A stretch of 64,000 bases of DNA, taken from Methanobacteriota archaeon. Its GTDB lineage: Archaea > Thermoplasmatota > Poseidoniia > MGIII > CG-Epi1. The stretch is from the NCBI GenBank assembly GCA_014240055.1, contig JAAZXP010000002.1:10040-74039 (forward strand). Direction: 5' to 3'. The notes beneath the pieces were generated by a model that saw only the letters and a program-made list of their open reading frames with translations, searched no databases and had not been told where the DNA came from. Positions 18,724-28,094 of this stretch are shown piece by piece. How positions within the stretch are numbered: the first letter of the stretch is position 1; every line of letters starts with the position of its first letter. A program made the translations under genes and the position numbers.

Positions 18724-20303
18724 TATGTTTTTTCCTCTACAACTAAATCAAAGGTTCTCGTATAAACCTGTTCGGTTCTACTTATTGCTCTCAAATCAAA
18801 ACTAAATACACCTTCAGCAGGATCTTCGATTGGAGTTATTGACAAAGTCAAATTTGCATAAGAATTCGAGGTTAGATTCAAAGTCAAATTTTGACCTTCT
18901 GAATCCCACCAAACATAATTACCAAACTCGGGAGAAGAAGAATTTAACAAACTATCCCTCTCATTGACGAATATGTAATCTACTTCAAAAATAATAGTAT
19001 AATTAATTATCTGATCAATATTTATGGTAAGATTATCCCAACCTTCTGATTCTCCTATATTTTTTATTGTAAAATTAGTCATATTGGATTCTCCATAAAC
19101 TGGATTGAATTCATTTATATCTGATTCAATGCTTAAATCAAATTCAGATTCAACAGTGTAAATTGGCGATGGTGTGAAAGTTACAACCAAAATTAAAGCA
19201 GTCAGAATTCCAATAGCCCATCTCGATTTACCAAGAACTGAAAGTTCTTCTGATGGAGGTGGATGTGAGGTTCCTAAAAAATAAATCAAAACAGCATAGA
19301 CTGCCCAACCTGAATATTTAGGACCAAAACCAGGAATATCATAGAAAGCCATGAGTATCAAGAGTAATATGACACCAAAAGAAATACCATTTGCTTTAGG
19401 GCCTAACAAAGCTCTTGCAATATGACCACCATCTAATTGACCTGCTGGCATTAAATTAAGAGCAGTAACAAAGAACCCAGTCCAACCTGCTAAAACCACA
19501 GGATGTGAAAGATAATCTCCACTAGGTGTATAAAATGTACTTGTTAAAGAATATAATAGGTCAAAGAATATTGAAGTACCTAGATAGAGAGAGTCTCCAG
19601 AATCAACTGGAGCCAAAACAGCATTTTGCTCAGTTAACCAAAAACCAAAAATTGTAACTGGAATTGCAACCAATAAGCCAGCAATTGGGCCGCTAGCTCC
19701 AACATCTAACAAGGCTTTTCGATTTGGTATAGGTTCCCGAATTGAAATAAAAGCCCCCATTGTCCCAAATGGAAAAATCATGGGTGGCATCGGTAGAAAA
19801 AAAGGTAAGGATGCTTCAAGATTATGCTTTTTGGCATAGTAATAATGACCCATTTCATGAGCTCCCAAAATAGCCATTAAAGGCAATGAAAATGTCATAA
19901 AACCCATGAAAAATACGTCAGGAGTTATCAAAAGACGAAGCCAAAACCACTCCATACCCAATAATTCTGAACCTGAATAGGAGGCCCACCACATAGAACC
20001 GGCCCAAGTAGTTGTAAAAATTGTGGCCAATAGTAAATATAAATTCATTTTATTTTTAACATAATCGAAAGAAGGTTGTGGAATTACTACAAGAATTAAT
20101 TCATCACCAGCTCTTCTTAACATTGGAAAGGCTCTATCAGCTCCCAAGCTATTGACTTTCTTAAAAGCCAATCTTATTTCTTCAAATTTAAGTTCTAAAT
20201 CGTCTGGTTCTTTGACATAAAATAAATGAGCATTCCCGTCCCAAACATAATTTTCAATGTTCCAACCGAATCTTTCTAGGAATTTAGTTATTGTTTTAGA
20301 CAT
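18723..20303 (-). CDS. M50-family (site-2 protease-like) intramembrane metalloprotease with C-terminal extracytoplasmic domain
   Basis: HEMGHYYYAKKH (HExxH inside a TM helix) and a downstream LNLMPAGQLDGGHI (LDG motif). Multiple TM helices. The C-terminal ~150 aa carry N-glyc sequons. Confidence 0.7.
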   Translation of the reverse strand: MSKTITKFLERFGWNIENYVWDGNAHLFYVKEPDDLELKFEEIRLAFKKVNSLGADRAFPMLRRAGDELILVVIPQPSFDYVKNKMNLYLLLATIFTTTWAGSMWWASYSGSELLGMEWFWLRLLITPDVFFMGFMTFSLPLMAILGAHEMGHYYYAKKHNLEASLPFFLPMPPMIFPFGTMGAFISIREPIPNRKALLDVGASGPIAGLLVAIPVTIFGFWLTEQNAVLAPVDSGDSLYLGTSIFFDLLYSLTSTFYTPSGDYLSHPVVLAGWTGFFVTALNLMPAGQLDGGHIARALLGPKANGISFGVILLLILMAFYDIPGFGPKYSGWAVYAVLIYFLGTSHPPPSEELSVLGKSRWAIGILTALILVVTFTPSPIYTVESEFDLSIESDINEFNPVYGESNMTNFTIKNIGESEGWDNLTINIDQIINYTIIFEVDYIFVNERDSLLNSSSPEFGNYVWWDSEGQNLTLNLTSNSYANLTLSITPIEDPAEGVFSFDLRAISRTEQVYTRTFDLVVEEKT

Positions 20304-21452
20304 TCATACTCCAAGTACTGTTTTAGATATTGCCAATATTTCATCCCTTAATTCTGAGGGACCGTAAACTGAGCCTCTCCAGTGATCAAACTGGGCTTCA
20401 TAAAGACCTGAAACTAGTTTAGACTCGTTATGTGCAAGAGATATATTTCCATCATTCTTTAGTATTTTAGTTTTCAATCCAGGCATTACTGAAAAATTAG
20501 GAATATCTACATATATTTTCGAAGAATCTATTCCTAATTTTGAAGATATGGAATCTTCATAATCTTTTTTCTTAGATCTTTCCAAACCAGATAATTCAAT
20601 TTGCTCTTTGGTTATACTAACTGCTCTCTTCACTATTTTTCTATTTTCAAAGTTATTACAGATCTCACGGGATAAACCTCCAGCTTTATTTAATTCTGAA
20701 AGAAATTTATGATCGGTAAAAGTAGCAAAATCATCAGTTGAAAAATTGCCTGAATATATCGCAGAGGTTGCAGCCCTAGCTAACATTAATTGAGCACCTC
20801 TAGCAAATGGATGGAAATATACTGTTTGGTACATTGTGGATCTTGCTGTAAGGAGGGCCTCAACTGCAGGTAAGCCTTTTTCTTTAATTACTAAACTAGA
20901 ATCATGTAAGCTCATAGTTGCTATCAGACGCCCCATATCCACTCCAGTACTCACTCCGGTATAATGAGCATCACGAACTAAATAATCCAAGCGATCACCG
21001 TCTAAATCTCCCGAAACTAGAGAATCTAATTTATGATCTCCCATTATTATTTGATTGATTTCATCAGGATTTAATCCTTCATCAGAGATTATATCTGATA
21101 GCTCCGTATTCGAAATAATTTTAGTTGTTCGAATTACATGATCTTCAACGCCCTCTATTTCATCACCTAGATGGGAAAATGCTGTATGTCCCAAATCATG
21201 TAAAAGACCAGCAACAGAAACTAATTGTTTGTCTTCTGAATCTAGACCAATTGAATCTGCCATTTTTCTGACAACATGACAAGTGCCCATACAATGTTCA
21301 TGTCTTGTATGGTTTGCACCAGGATAAACCAAATTGATAGGACCTAATTGTTTTATCCAACGCAACCTTTGATATGAGGGAGTATCTATCAACTTACCTT
21401 CTAGAGAGGTTAAATCAATATAATCATGTATTGGATCTCTTATCCGAATCAT
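20304..21452 (-). CDS. HD-domain dNTP triphosphohydrolase-like protein (Dgt/SAMHD1 family)
   Basis: N-terminus IRDPIHDYIDLT...LIDTPSYQRLRWIKQLG...YPGANHTRHEHCMG, and LLHDLGH, match the dGTPase-family HD signature. Confidence 0.65.
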   Translation of the reverse strand: MIRIRDPIHDYIDLTSLEGKLIDTPSYQRLRWIKQLGPINLVYPGANHTRHEHCMGTCHVVRKMADSIGLDSEDKQLVSVAGLLHDLGHTAFSHLGDEIEGVEDHVIRTTKIISNTELSDIISDEGLNPDEINQIIMGDHKLDSLVSGDLDGDRLDYLVRDAHYTGVSTGVDMGRLIATMSLHDSSLVIKEKGLPAVEALLTARSTMYQTVYFHPFARGAQLMLARAATSAIYSGNFSTDDFATFTDHKFLSELNKAGGLSREICNNFENRKIVKRAVSITKEQIELSGLERSKKKDYEDSISSKLGIDSSKIYVDIPNFSVMPGLKTKILKNDGNISLAHNESKLVSGLYEAQFDHWRGSVYGPSELRDEILAISKTVLGV

Positions 21453-21550
21453 CTTCTATACTGACTGTGTAGGGATGATAAAATAACTTACTCATTGAAC
21501 TGTGTTCCACCTCTTCTTTATTTGGCTAATTTAAAGACTGCGGCCCAAAG

Positions 21551-21558
21551 CTTATAAT
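21551..21558 (+). promoter_or_regulatory. candidate archaeal TATA box (CTTATAAT) with purine-rich BRE-like upstream CCAAAG, for tfb
   Basis: It lies 28 nt upstream of the tfb ATG (21586), consistent with a leaderless or near-leaderless transcript. Confidence 0.35.
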
Positions 21559-21585
21559 GGCTAAATCGTATTGTTTTAAAGCCCT

Positions 21586-22530
21586 ATGAACAACTCCGGA
21601 AAAACAAAAGAAATAGAAGTAGAAGAGTTGACAGAATGTACTGAATGTAAATCTGAACATATCGTTCGAGATTACAAGCGTGGAGAGATAACTTGTAGTA
21701 ACTGCGGATTAGTTGTTGATGGACAAGTAATTGATCAAGGGCCTGAATGGAGAGCCTTCGACTCTGAGCAAAGTGAAAGAAGAGCAAGAGGGGGAGCACC
21801 CATGAGTGTTATGGTTCACGATAAAGGGCTTTCAACAGATATCGGCTGGGGTGGGCGAGACATATATGGAAACAATGTTCCAACCAGAAACCGATCTCAA
21901 GTTTATAGAATGAGGAAATGGCAAAGTCGAACTAGAGCCTCAAATTCAGCAGACAGGAACCTAGCTCAGGCGTTAACTGAGTTAAATCGATTAGCATCAA
22001 AGATAGGACTACACCGACAAGTTAGAGAAGAAGCTGCTATGCTTTACAGAAGGGCAGTTCAAGACAACTTAGTCAGAGGACGTTCTGTCGAAGGTGTAGC
22101 TGCTGCAGCATTGTATGGCGCTTGCAGAAGATGTGAAGTCCCAAGAACTTTAACCGAAATTACTGAAGCCTCACGAGCATCCAAGAAAGAAGTTGGAAGA
22201 ACTTACCGTTATATTTCAAGGGAATTAAGGCTAAACTTACAACCGGCTTCACCATCGGTTTATATTGTACGATTTTGTAGAGAATTAGAATTACCAGGTA
22301 ATGTAGAAAGTGCTGCAATAAACATACTAAACCAAGCTATCGAAGCTGAATTGACATCTGGAAGAGGTCCAACTGGTGTTGCAGCTGCTGCAATCTATAT
22401 CGCATCAGTAGTATACAATAAAAGAAAAACGCAAAAAACCATTGCAGATACAGTCGGAGTTACTGAAGTAACTATTAGAAATCGTTACAAGGAATTAGCC
22501 AAAAATCTAGACATTGTAGTATACAAGTGA
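21586..22530 (+). CDS. tfb: transcription initiation factor IIB (TFB)
   Basis: N-terminal zinc ribbon CTECKS...CSNCG followed by two cyclin-fold repeats. 314 aa. Confidence 0.9.
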   Translation: MNNSGKTKEIEVEELTECTECKSEHIVRDYKRGEITCSNCGLVVDGQVIDQGPEWRAFDSEQSERRARGGAPMSVMVHDKGLSTDIGWGGRDIYGNNVPTRNRSQVYRMRKWQSRTRASNSADRNLAQALTELNRLASKIGLHRQVREEAAMLYRRAVQDNLVRGRSVEGVAAAALYGACRRCEVPRTLTEITEASRASKKEVGRTYRYISRELRLNLQPASPSVYIVRFCRELELPGNVESAAINILNQAIEAELTSGRGPTGVAAAAIYIASVVYNKRKTQKTIADTVGVTEVTIRNRYKELAKNLDIVVYK

Positions 22531-22537
22531 GGCTTCT

Positions 22538-23560
22538 TTGAAAGTAAAAAAACGTGATAATAATATTTATCACATAAGATTGGAACATGAAGATGACCTT
22601 TATCATTTAAATTTATTATTAGATCAGGATGACATGGTTAGAGCTCTAACTGAAAGAAGAGAATCTAGTCAAACTGATAGATTGCGCTCTGAGCGTGGTA
22701 AAAAACAGAAAATGAGATTAACCATAAATGTTGAAAAAGTAGAATATCAATCATTTGGACAACGATTGAGATGTCATGGCGTTATTGCAATAGGAGAACG
22801 TGATCAAGGATCACACCATACCTTAATTCTTGAACCTGGCGATGATTTTGATATTGGAAAAAATAATTGGTTAAGCCACCATAAAAAAAGACTCAAAGAA
22901 GCAGCTCAACCTGCAGTAACAGCTCTAGCAATTTGCATAGAAAGTGATAGTATAGTTATAGCTGAATTGAGGACATATGGGCTCCGAGAACTGAAAACTC
23001 TTAATCGATCAGGAAGTGGTAAATCAATAGGAGGAGAAGAACTTAATGCATTTTATGTTAGAACTGTAAAACAAATTGTAGATGTCCACATTAAAAATTC
23101 AGTCATGGTTATTGTAGGACCTGGATTTCTCAAAGATGATTTTGTTATTGTTGCTAAGAAAGAAGCTCCCGGCATTTTTTCAGGATGCGTTGTTGAAAAT
23201 TCAGGCCAAGGAGGTATGGCTGGAATTAATGAGGCCATAAGTAGAGGTACACTTCCAAAAGCTGTAGCCCAGATTAAAATACAAGAGGAAATGAATGCAG
23301 TTGAATTATTGAAGGATGCTATTGCAAAAGATTTAGCAACATATGGAAAGATACATGTGAAGAATGCACTCGAAAGTGGCGCTGGTGAAAAATTACTGAT
23401 TTTATCTGAAAAAACGAGAACTGAAGAAGGTAGGCTATTACTTAAATTAGCTGAAGACAATCGAACGGAAATAGTAGAAATATCTTCACATCACCACGGC
23501 GGTGAAATGCTAAGCGGATTAGGCAATATTGCAGTTATTCTCCGATACCAGTTGACATAA
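22538..23560 (+). CDS. Pelota/Dom34 (mRNA surveillance, aRF1-related)
   Basis: 340 aa. The N-terminal domain (...IRLEHEDDLYHLNLLLDQDDMV) resembles Pelota, and the central and C-terminal eRF1-like domains are present. The NIKS/GGQ motifs of aRF1 are absent. TTG start. Confidence 0.75.
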   Translation: MKVKKRDNNIYHIRLEHEDDLYHLNLLLDQDDMVRALTERRESSQTDRLRSERGKKQKMRLTINVEKVEYQSFGQRLRCHGVIAIGERDQGSHHTLILEPGDDFDIGKNNWLSHHKKRLKEAAQPAVTALAICIESDSIVIAELRTYGLRELKTLNRSGSGKSIGGEELNAFYVRTVKQIVDVHIKNSVMVIVGPGFLKDDFVIVAKKEAPGIFSGCVVENSGQGGMAGINEAISRGTLPKAVAQIKIQEEMNAVELLKDAIAKDLATYGKIHVKNALESGAGEKLLILSEKTRTEEGRLLLKLAEDNRTEIVEISSHHHGGEMLSGLGNIAVILRYQLT

Positions 23561-23591
23561 ATTCTTTTAGAGGGGAGGGTGTAAGAGAGAT

Positions 23592-23951
23592 ATGATGCCA
23601 GGAATGGGGCGCATGAACCCCCGGATGATGAAAAAACTGCAAAAGCAGCTACAGAACTCAACTGAAGAGATTGATGCTACTGAAGTAATCATAAGAACAA
23701 AAGATAAGGAAATTTATTTTAGCAATCCAGCTGTAAGTGCTATGAACATGATGGGACAACAGTCATACCAGATTGTTGGTGAACCACAAGAAAGAGGATT
23801 GAGTGGTGAAGACAATGCTCCAAGCATACCAAATGAAGATATTGAATTAGTCGCATCTCAAGCTGGCGTTTCGCCAGATAAAGCAAGAAAGGCTCTAGAA
23901 GAATGCGGTGGAGAACCTGCTGAAGCTATTATTAAATTGATGGGAGGCTAA
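23592..23951 (+). CDS. nac: nascent polypeptide-associated complex alpha subunit
   Basis: NAC domain plus a C-terminal UBA-like segment (IELVASQAGVSPDKARKALEECGGEPAEAIIKLM). Confidence 0.8.
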   Translation: MMPGMGRMNPRMMKKLQKQLQNSTEEIDATEVIIRTKDKEIYFSNPAVSAMNMMGQQSYQIVGEPQERGLSGEDNAPSIPNEDIELVASQAGVSPDKARKALEECGGEPAEAIIKLMGG

Positions 23952-23952
23952 A

Positions 23953-25122
23953 ATGGATTTTTCCGAAACTGAGGACCAAACAATGATAAGAGACATGGTT
24001 CGAGATTTTGCTGAAACTGTAGCAGCTCCAACTTGCCGCCAGAGAGATAAAGAACAAGAACCACCCATAAAGGAATTCAAGCAATTCGCAGAATTAGGAG
24101 TAGCAGGCATGACAATTCCTGAAAAATACGGTGGACAAAAATTAGATGATATTTCTGAAGCAATAGTTATAGAAGAATTATCAAGAGTAGACCCTTCACT
24201 AGGAGTTATGGTTGCAGTGCATGTTGGCTTATGCTCTATGACTATAGCACTAAGCGGTAATGAAGAACAAAAAAATAAATATTTGCCAAAACTAGCATCT
24301 GGAGAATATTTAGGTGCATATTCACTAAGTGAAGCAGGTTCTGGAACTGATGCTGCTGCAATGGTTGCACGGGCAAGTGACGATGGAGATTGTTATACTC
24401 TTAACGGAGAAAAAATGTGGGTTACAAATGGAACAACTGCTGATCTCTTTGTTCTTTTTGCTAAAGTAACAGAACATCCCGATTATGGAGTAAAGAAGCA
24501 CGGTGGTGTCACCTGTTTTATTATCGAAAAAGGATTTGAAGGATTTAAAATAGGTAAAAAAGAAGATAAATTGGGTATTCGTTCTAGTGATACATGTACA
24601 TTAATCCTTGATAATTGTAAAGTCCCAAAAGAAAATGTTCTCGGAGAGGTGGGGAAAGGTTTTGCAATTGCAATGAATGCCTTAGACAATTCAAGAATTG
24701 GTATTGCTGCCCAAGGATTAGGGATAGCTCAAGGCGCATACGAAGCCGCTCTCAAATATTCTAAGGAAAGAGAAACATTCGGAAAACCAATCGCCGCACA
24801 TCAATCAATCAGTAACTATCTAGCAGATATGGCACTCCGAATCGATGCTGCCAGATTACAGGTTTACAAGGCTGCATGGGCAAAACAACAGCACTATGAG
24901 AACGGAGCTGCAAGGCACACTTTAGAAGCCTCATATGCAAAATTAAATGCAGGAGATACTGCAATGTGGGTATCTGAAAAAGCAGTTCAAGTTTTAGGTG
25001 GTTACGGATACACGACTGAATTCCCTGTTGAAAGATTCTTTAGGGATGCAAAAATAACGCAAATTTATGAAGGAACACAAGAAGTACAAAGATTAGTCAT
25101 AGCTCGTGAAATTGGAAAGTAA
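23953..25122 (+). CDS. acyl-CoA dehydrogenase
   Basis: 389 aa with ACAD family signatures (e.g. QIYEGT, and the pattern GGxGY...ERxxRDA near the C-terminus). Confidence 0.85.
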   Translation: MDFSETEDQTMIRDMVRDFAETVAAPTCRQRDKEQEPPIKEFKQFAELGVAGMTIPEKYGGQKLDDISEAIVIEELSRVDPSLGVMVAVHVGLCSMTIALSGNEEQKNKYLPKLASGEYLGAYSLSEAGSGTDAAAMVARASDDGDCYTLNGEKMWVTNGTTADLFVLFAKVTEHPDYGVKKHGGVTCFIIEKGFEGFKIGKKEDKLGIRSSDTCTLILDNCKVPKENVLGEVGKGFAIAMNALDNSRIGIAAQGLGIAQGAYEAALKYSKERETFGKPIAAHQSISNYLADMALRIDAARLQVYKAAWAKQQHYENGAARHTLEASYAKLNAGDTAMWVSEKAVQVLGGYGYTTEFPVERFFRDAKITQIYEGTQEVQRLVIAREIGK

Positions 25123-25200
25123 GAGCAATACTTTTATCAAACACTTTGTAAACTACATTGTAGGTCATTTTGACCTTTATAAAAATTGTTGGAGAAAACA

Positions 25201-26373
25201 ATGCGTATAGGAGTCCCAAAAGAAACTGCCAAGAATGAAACACGTGTAGCAATTGTACCGGTTTCAATACCTAAATTAAAAAAACTAGGATTTGAAGTTA
25301 TTATTCAAGAAGGTGCTGGCAAATTATCAGGGTATTCTGATTCAGAATATACTGAGAAAGGTGCTCATATCGGTAAATTAGATGAAGTAATGTCTACTGA
25401 ATTAATTGCATCTATTAATGTACCTGATTTCAAAATGATGAAAAAAGGACAAATGCTAACCTGCATGGCTGATCCTTTTAGGAATTTAGAACAAACAAAG
25501 CAAATAATTGATTCCGGAATTACACTTCTTTCGCTTGAAGTAATACCAAGGAGACTGTCTAAGGGCCAGTCTATGGATGTTAACTCAAGTCAGGACAATT
25601 TGTCAGGATATAAAGCAGCATTAATGGGTGCTGAAAATATTGCAAAAATGGTACCTATGATGATGACATCTGCAGGAACTGTTAAACCTTCTAAATTTGT
25701 TATTCAAGGTGCTGCTGTAGCTGGATTACAAGCCATTGCAACAGCAAAAAGATTAGGAGCTGCAGTTCAAGCTATTGATGTAAGATTGGCAGCTAAACAA
25801 GATACGGAAAGTCTCGGTGCTAAATTTATTGATGTACCGGGATGGAAAGATGCTGAAAGTTCAAGTGGTCATGCTTCTTTGTTTACAGATAAAGGACTTC
25901 AAGAATCATTTGATAAATCGTTAATGGAAGCAGTAAGAAATGCAGATGTTGTAATAACAACAGCTAGATTATTTGGAACAAACGCGCCTAAATTATTTTT
26001 TGGTAAGGAAATGAACGAGAATATGACAAACGAAATGAAAGAAGGATCAGTCATTGTAGATATGAACTGTGATACTGGAGGAAATATAGTAGGCAGTAAA
26101 GAGGATGAGATTATTCAAAAGAACGGTGTAACTATAGTTGGAATACCTCTTTTGTGCCGAACTGTACCTAATACTGCATCTATGCTATATTCTAATAACG
26201 TCACTAACTTTGTGACTGTACTAGTAGATGAAGGAAAATTGACAATAAATCAAGATGAACAAGTCTTAACTGGTGATGAAGGTGGTATTTCTGCAGGTTA
26301 TGGTGGAATCTTAATTGGTGAGAATGGTGAAATACATGCTAATCATACTAAATTAATGGAGGCAATGAAATAA
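25201..26373 (+). CDS. pntA: NAD(P) transhydrogenase alpha subunit, soluble part (PntAA)
   Basis: Start placed at the ATG encoding MRIGVPKETAKNETRVAIVP, the canonical PntA N-terminus. GGAG sits 7 nt upstream. The tracked ORF begins 15 nt earlier at a TTG. Confidence 0.8.
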   Translation: MRIGVPKETAKNETRVAIVPVSIPKLKKLGFEVIIQEGAGKLSGYSDSEYTEKGAHIGKLDEVMSTELIASINVPDFKMMKKGQMLTCMADPFRNLEQTKQIIDSGITLLSLEVIPRRLSKGQSMDVNSSQDNLSGYKAALMGAENIAKMVPMMMTSAGTVKPSKFVIQGAAVAGLQAIATAKRLGAAVQAIDVRLAAKQDTESLGAKFIDVPGWKDAESSSGHASLFTDKGLQESFDKSLMEAVRNADVVITTARLFGTNAPKLFFGKEMNENMTNEMKEGSVIVDMNCDTGGNIVGSKEDEIIQKNGVTIVGIPLLCRTVPNTASMLYSNNVTNFVTVLVDEGKLTINQDEQVLTGDEGGISAGYGGILIGENGEIHANHTKLMEAMK

Positions 26374-26681
26374 TGGAATTACTGAGTTTAATAGGTGCTA
26401 TTACTATTTTTATTTTGGCTATCTTTTTAGGGTTTGAACTTATAACAAAAGTTCCTGCAACACTACATACTCCTCTTATGTCTGGAGCGAATGCCATTTC
26501 AGGTATTACTGTAGTTGGAGCTCTAATTTTTTCTAATACTGCTTTTAATAACGGAAATCCAGGCTCTGCTGCTTGGTTAGCTTTTTTTGCATTGATTTTA
26601 GCTACCATAAATGTAGTTGGAGGATTTGCCGTGACTAACAGAATGTTGAATATGATTGCTGGAAAAAGGAGAGGGAAATAG
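26373..26681 (+). CDS. NAD(P) transhydrogenase alpha subunit, membrane part (PntAB)
   Basis: 102-aa protein with 3 TM helices. ATGA overlap with pntAA, immediately followed by pntB. Confidence 0.7.
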   Translation: MELLSLIGAITIFILAIFLGFELITKVPATLHTPLMSGANAISGITVVGALIFSNTAFNNGNPGSAAWLAFFALILATINVVGGFAVTNRMLNMIAGKRRGK

Positions 26682-28094
26682 ATGGATCCTGCAGTTTGGG
26701 ATATTGGATATTTAATTGCCTCTATTCTCTTTATTTTAGGATTAAAGAAACTAGGTCATCCACGAACCGCCCCAACTGGTAATCTCTATGGAGCTTTGGG
26801 AATGCTACTTGCCGTGGTAGTAACTATTGCACAAATGGATTTTGGAGTAATTGATAATTTCGTCCTAATTGCCGGAGGGCTGCTTATTGGAGGTTTAATT
26901 GGATATGTTATGGCAATTCGGGTTCAAATGACTGGAATGCCTGAAATGGTAGCGCTATTCAATGGATTTGGAGGTGCTGCGAGTGCATTGGTTGCAGCCT
27001 CTGAAGTATTTAGACGAATTGAAGAGAACACATTTCCTACAGATTTAGAATTATACGTAGCTTGGATTGCTATCGGACTTTCAGCTCTAGTTGGATGGAT
27101 GACATTAACTGGAAGTTTATTGGCTATGATGAAACTAAAGGGCGGTATCGAACTCTTTGGAACATGGTATCGAACTCCAACTTGGGGCCCTGGTTGGCTA
27201 AATTATGTGAAAGGGATTTTTCTAGTTGTAATTGTAGCTTTAATCTATATGAGTATTGAAGAACCTGGAAACCAAGATTACGTAATTGGAATTATTATAT
27301 TGTCTTGTATTCTAGGTATTCTATTTGTTCTTCCTATTGGCGGAGCTGATATGCCCGTAGTAGTAAGTCTTCTAAATTCTCTATCAGGAATTGCTGCTGC
27401 ATTTACTGGATTTATAATTAGTAATAATGTTTTAATTATTGCAGGTTCTATGGTTGGAGCTGCAGGGCTTATTCTAACAAATATTATGTGTAAAGCAATG
27501 AATCGACAACTCATTGATGTATTATTCAAATCTTTCGGAGGTTCCGATAAGGAACAAGTCACAAGGACAAAGGTAGGATCCGATCCTGAAGAAGTAGCAA
27601 TGATTTGTGATGGGATTTCAAAATGTGTGATTGTTCCAGGATATGGTATGGCTGTATCTCAATGCCAACATCAAGTTCGAGAATTTGCAGATCTCTTAGA
27701 AGCAAATGGATGTGAAGTTAAATACGGAATTCACCCAGTAGCTGGAAGAATGCCGGGACATATGAATGTATTATTGGCTGAAGCAAATGTGCCTTATGAA
27801 AAATTAATTGAAATGGATGATATCAATTCAGAAATGGGAGAATGTGATGTGGCCATAGTCGTTGGAGCAAATGATACTGTGAATCCTGCAGCCAGAAGCA
27901 ATGAAGGCCCATTAGCAGGCATGCCAATCATCAATGTCGATAAAGCAAGAGTCGTTGTGATGGTAAAGAGATCATTGTCTGTTGGTTATGCTGGCGTTGA
28001 TAATGATTTATTCTATGAAGACAATACTATGATGTTATTTGGTGATGGGAAAAAAATGATGACCGAACTAGTTTCTTCGATGAAAGATCTTTAG
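26682..28094 (+). CDS. pntB: NAD(P) transhydrogenase beta subunit
   Basis: N-terminal TM bundle plus C-terminal NADP(H)-binding domain (GYGMAVSQCQ...GANDTVNPAA). Confidence 0.85.
   Translation: MDPAVWDIGYLIASILFILGLKKLGHPRTAPTGNLYGALGMLLAVVVTIAQMDFGVIDNFVLIAGGLLIGGLIGYVMAIRVQMTGMPEMVALFNGFGGAASALVAASEVFRRIEENTFPTDLELYVAWIAIGLSALVGWMTLTGSLLAMMKLKGGIELFGTWYRTPTWGPGWLNYVKGIFLVVIVALIYMSIEEPGNQDYVIGIIILSCILGILFVLPIGGADMPVVVSLLNSLSGIAAAFTGFIISNNVLIIAGSMVGAAGLILTNIMCKAMNRQLIDVLFKSFGGSDKEQVTRTKVGSDPEEVAMICDGISKCVIVPGYGMAVSQCQHQVREFADLLEANGCEVKYGIHPVAGRMPGHMNVLLAEANVPYEKLIEMDDINSEMGECDVAIVVGANDTVNPAARSNEGPLAGMPIINVDKARVVVMVKRSLSVGYAGVDNDLFYEDNTMMLFGDGKKMMTELVSSMKDL

Noticed and set aside
22538-23560. 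Calling the 340-aa eRF1-fold protein aRF1 (peptide chain release factor).
   Set aside because: It is shorter than aRF1 (~410 aa), lacks the NIKS and GGQ motifs, and has a Pelota-like N-terminal domain. It is assigned as Pelota instead.
25175-25187. CTTTATAAAAATT as the pntA TATA box.
   Set aside because: It lies only ~15-20 nt upstream of the homology-supported ATG (25201). This is too close for archaeal TATA-to-TSS spacing (~25 nt), and it sits upstream of a clear GGAG at -7. A weaker box near 25131-25140 (ACTTTTATCA) is better placed. Neither is reported as a feature.
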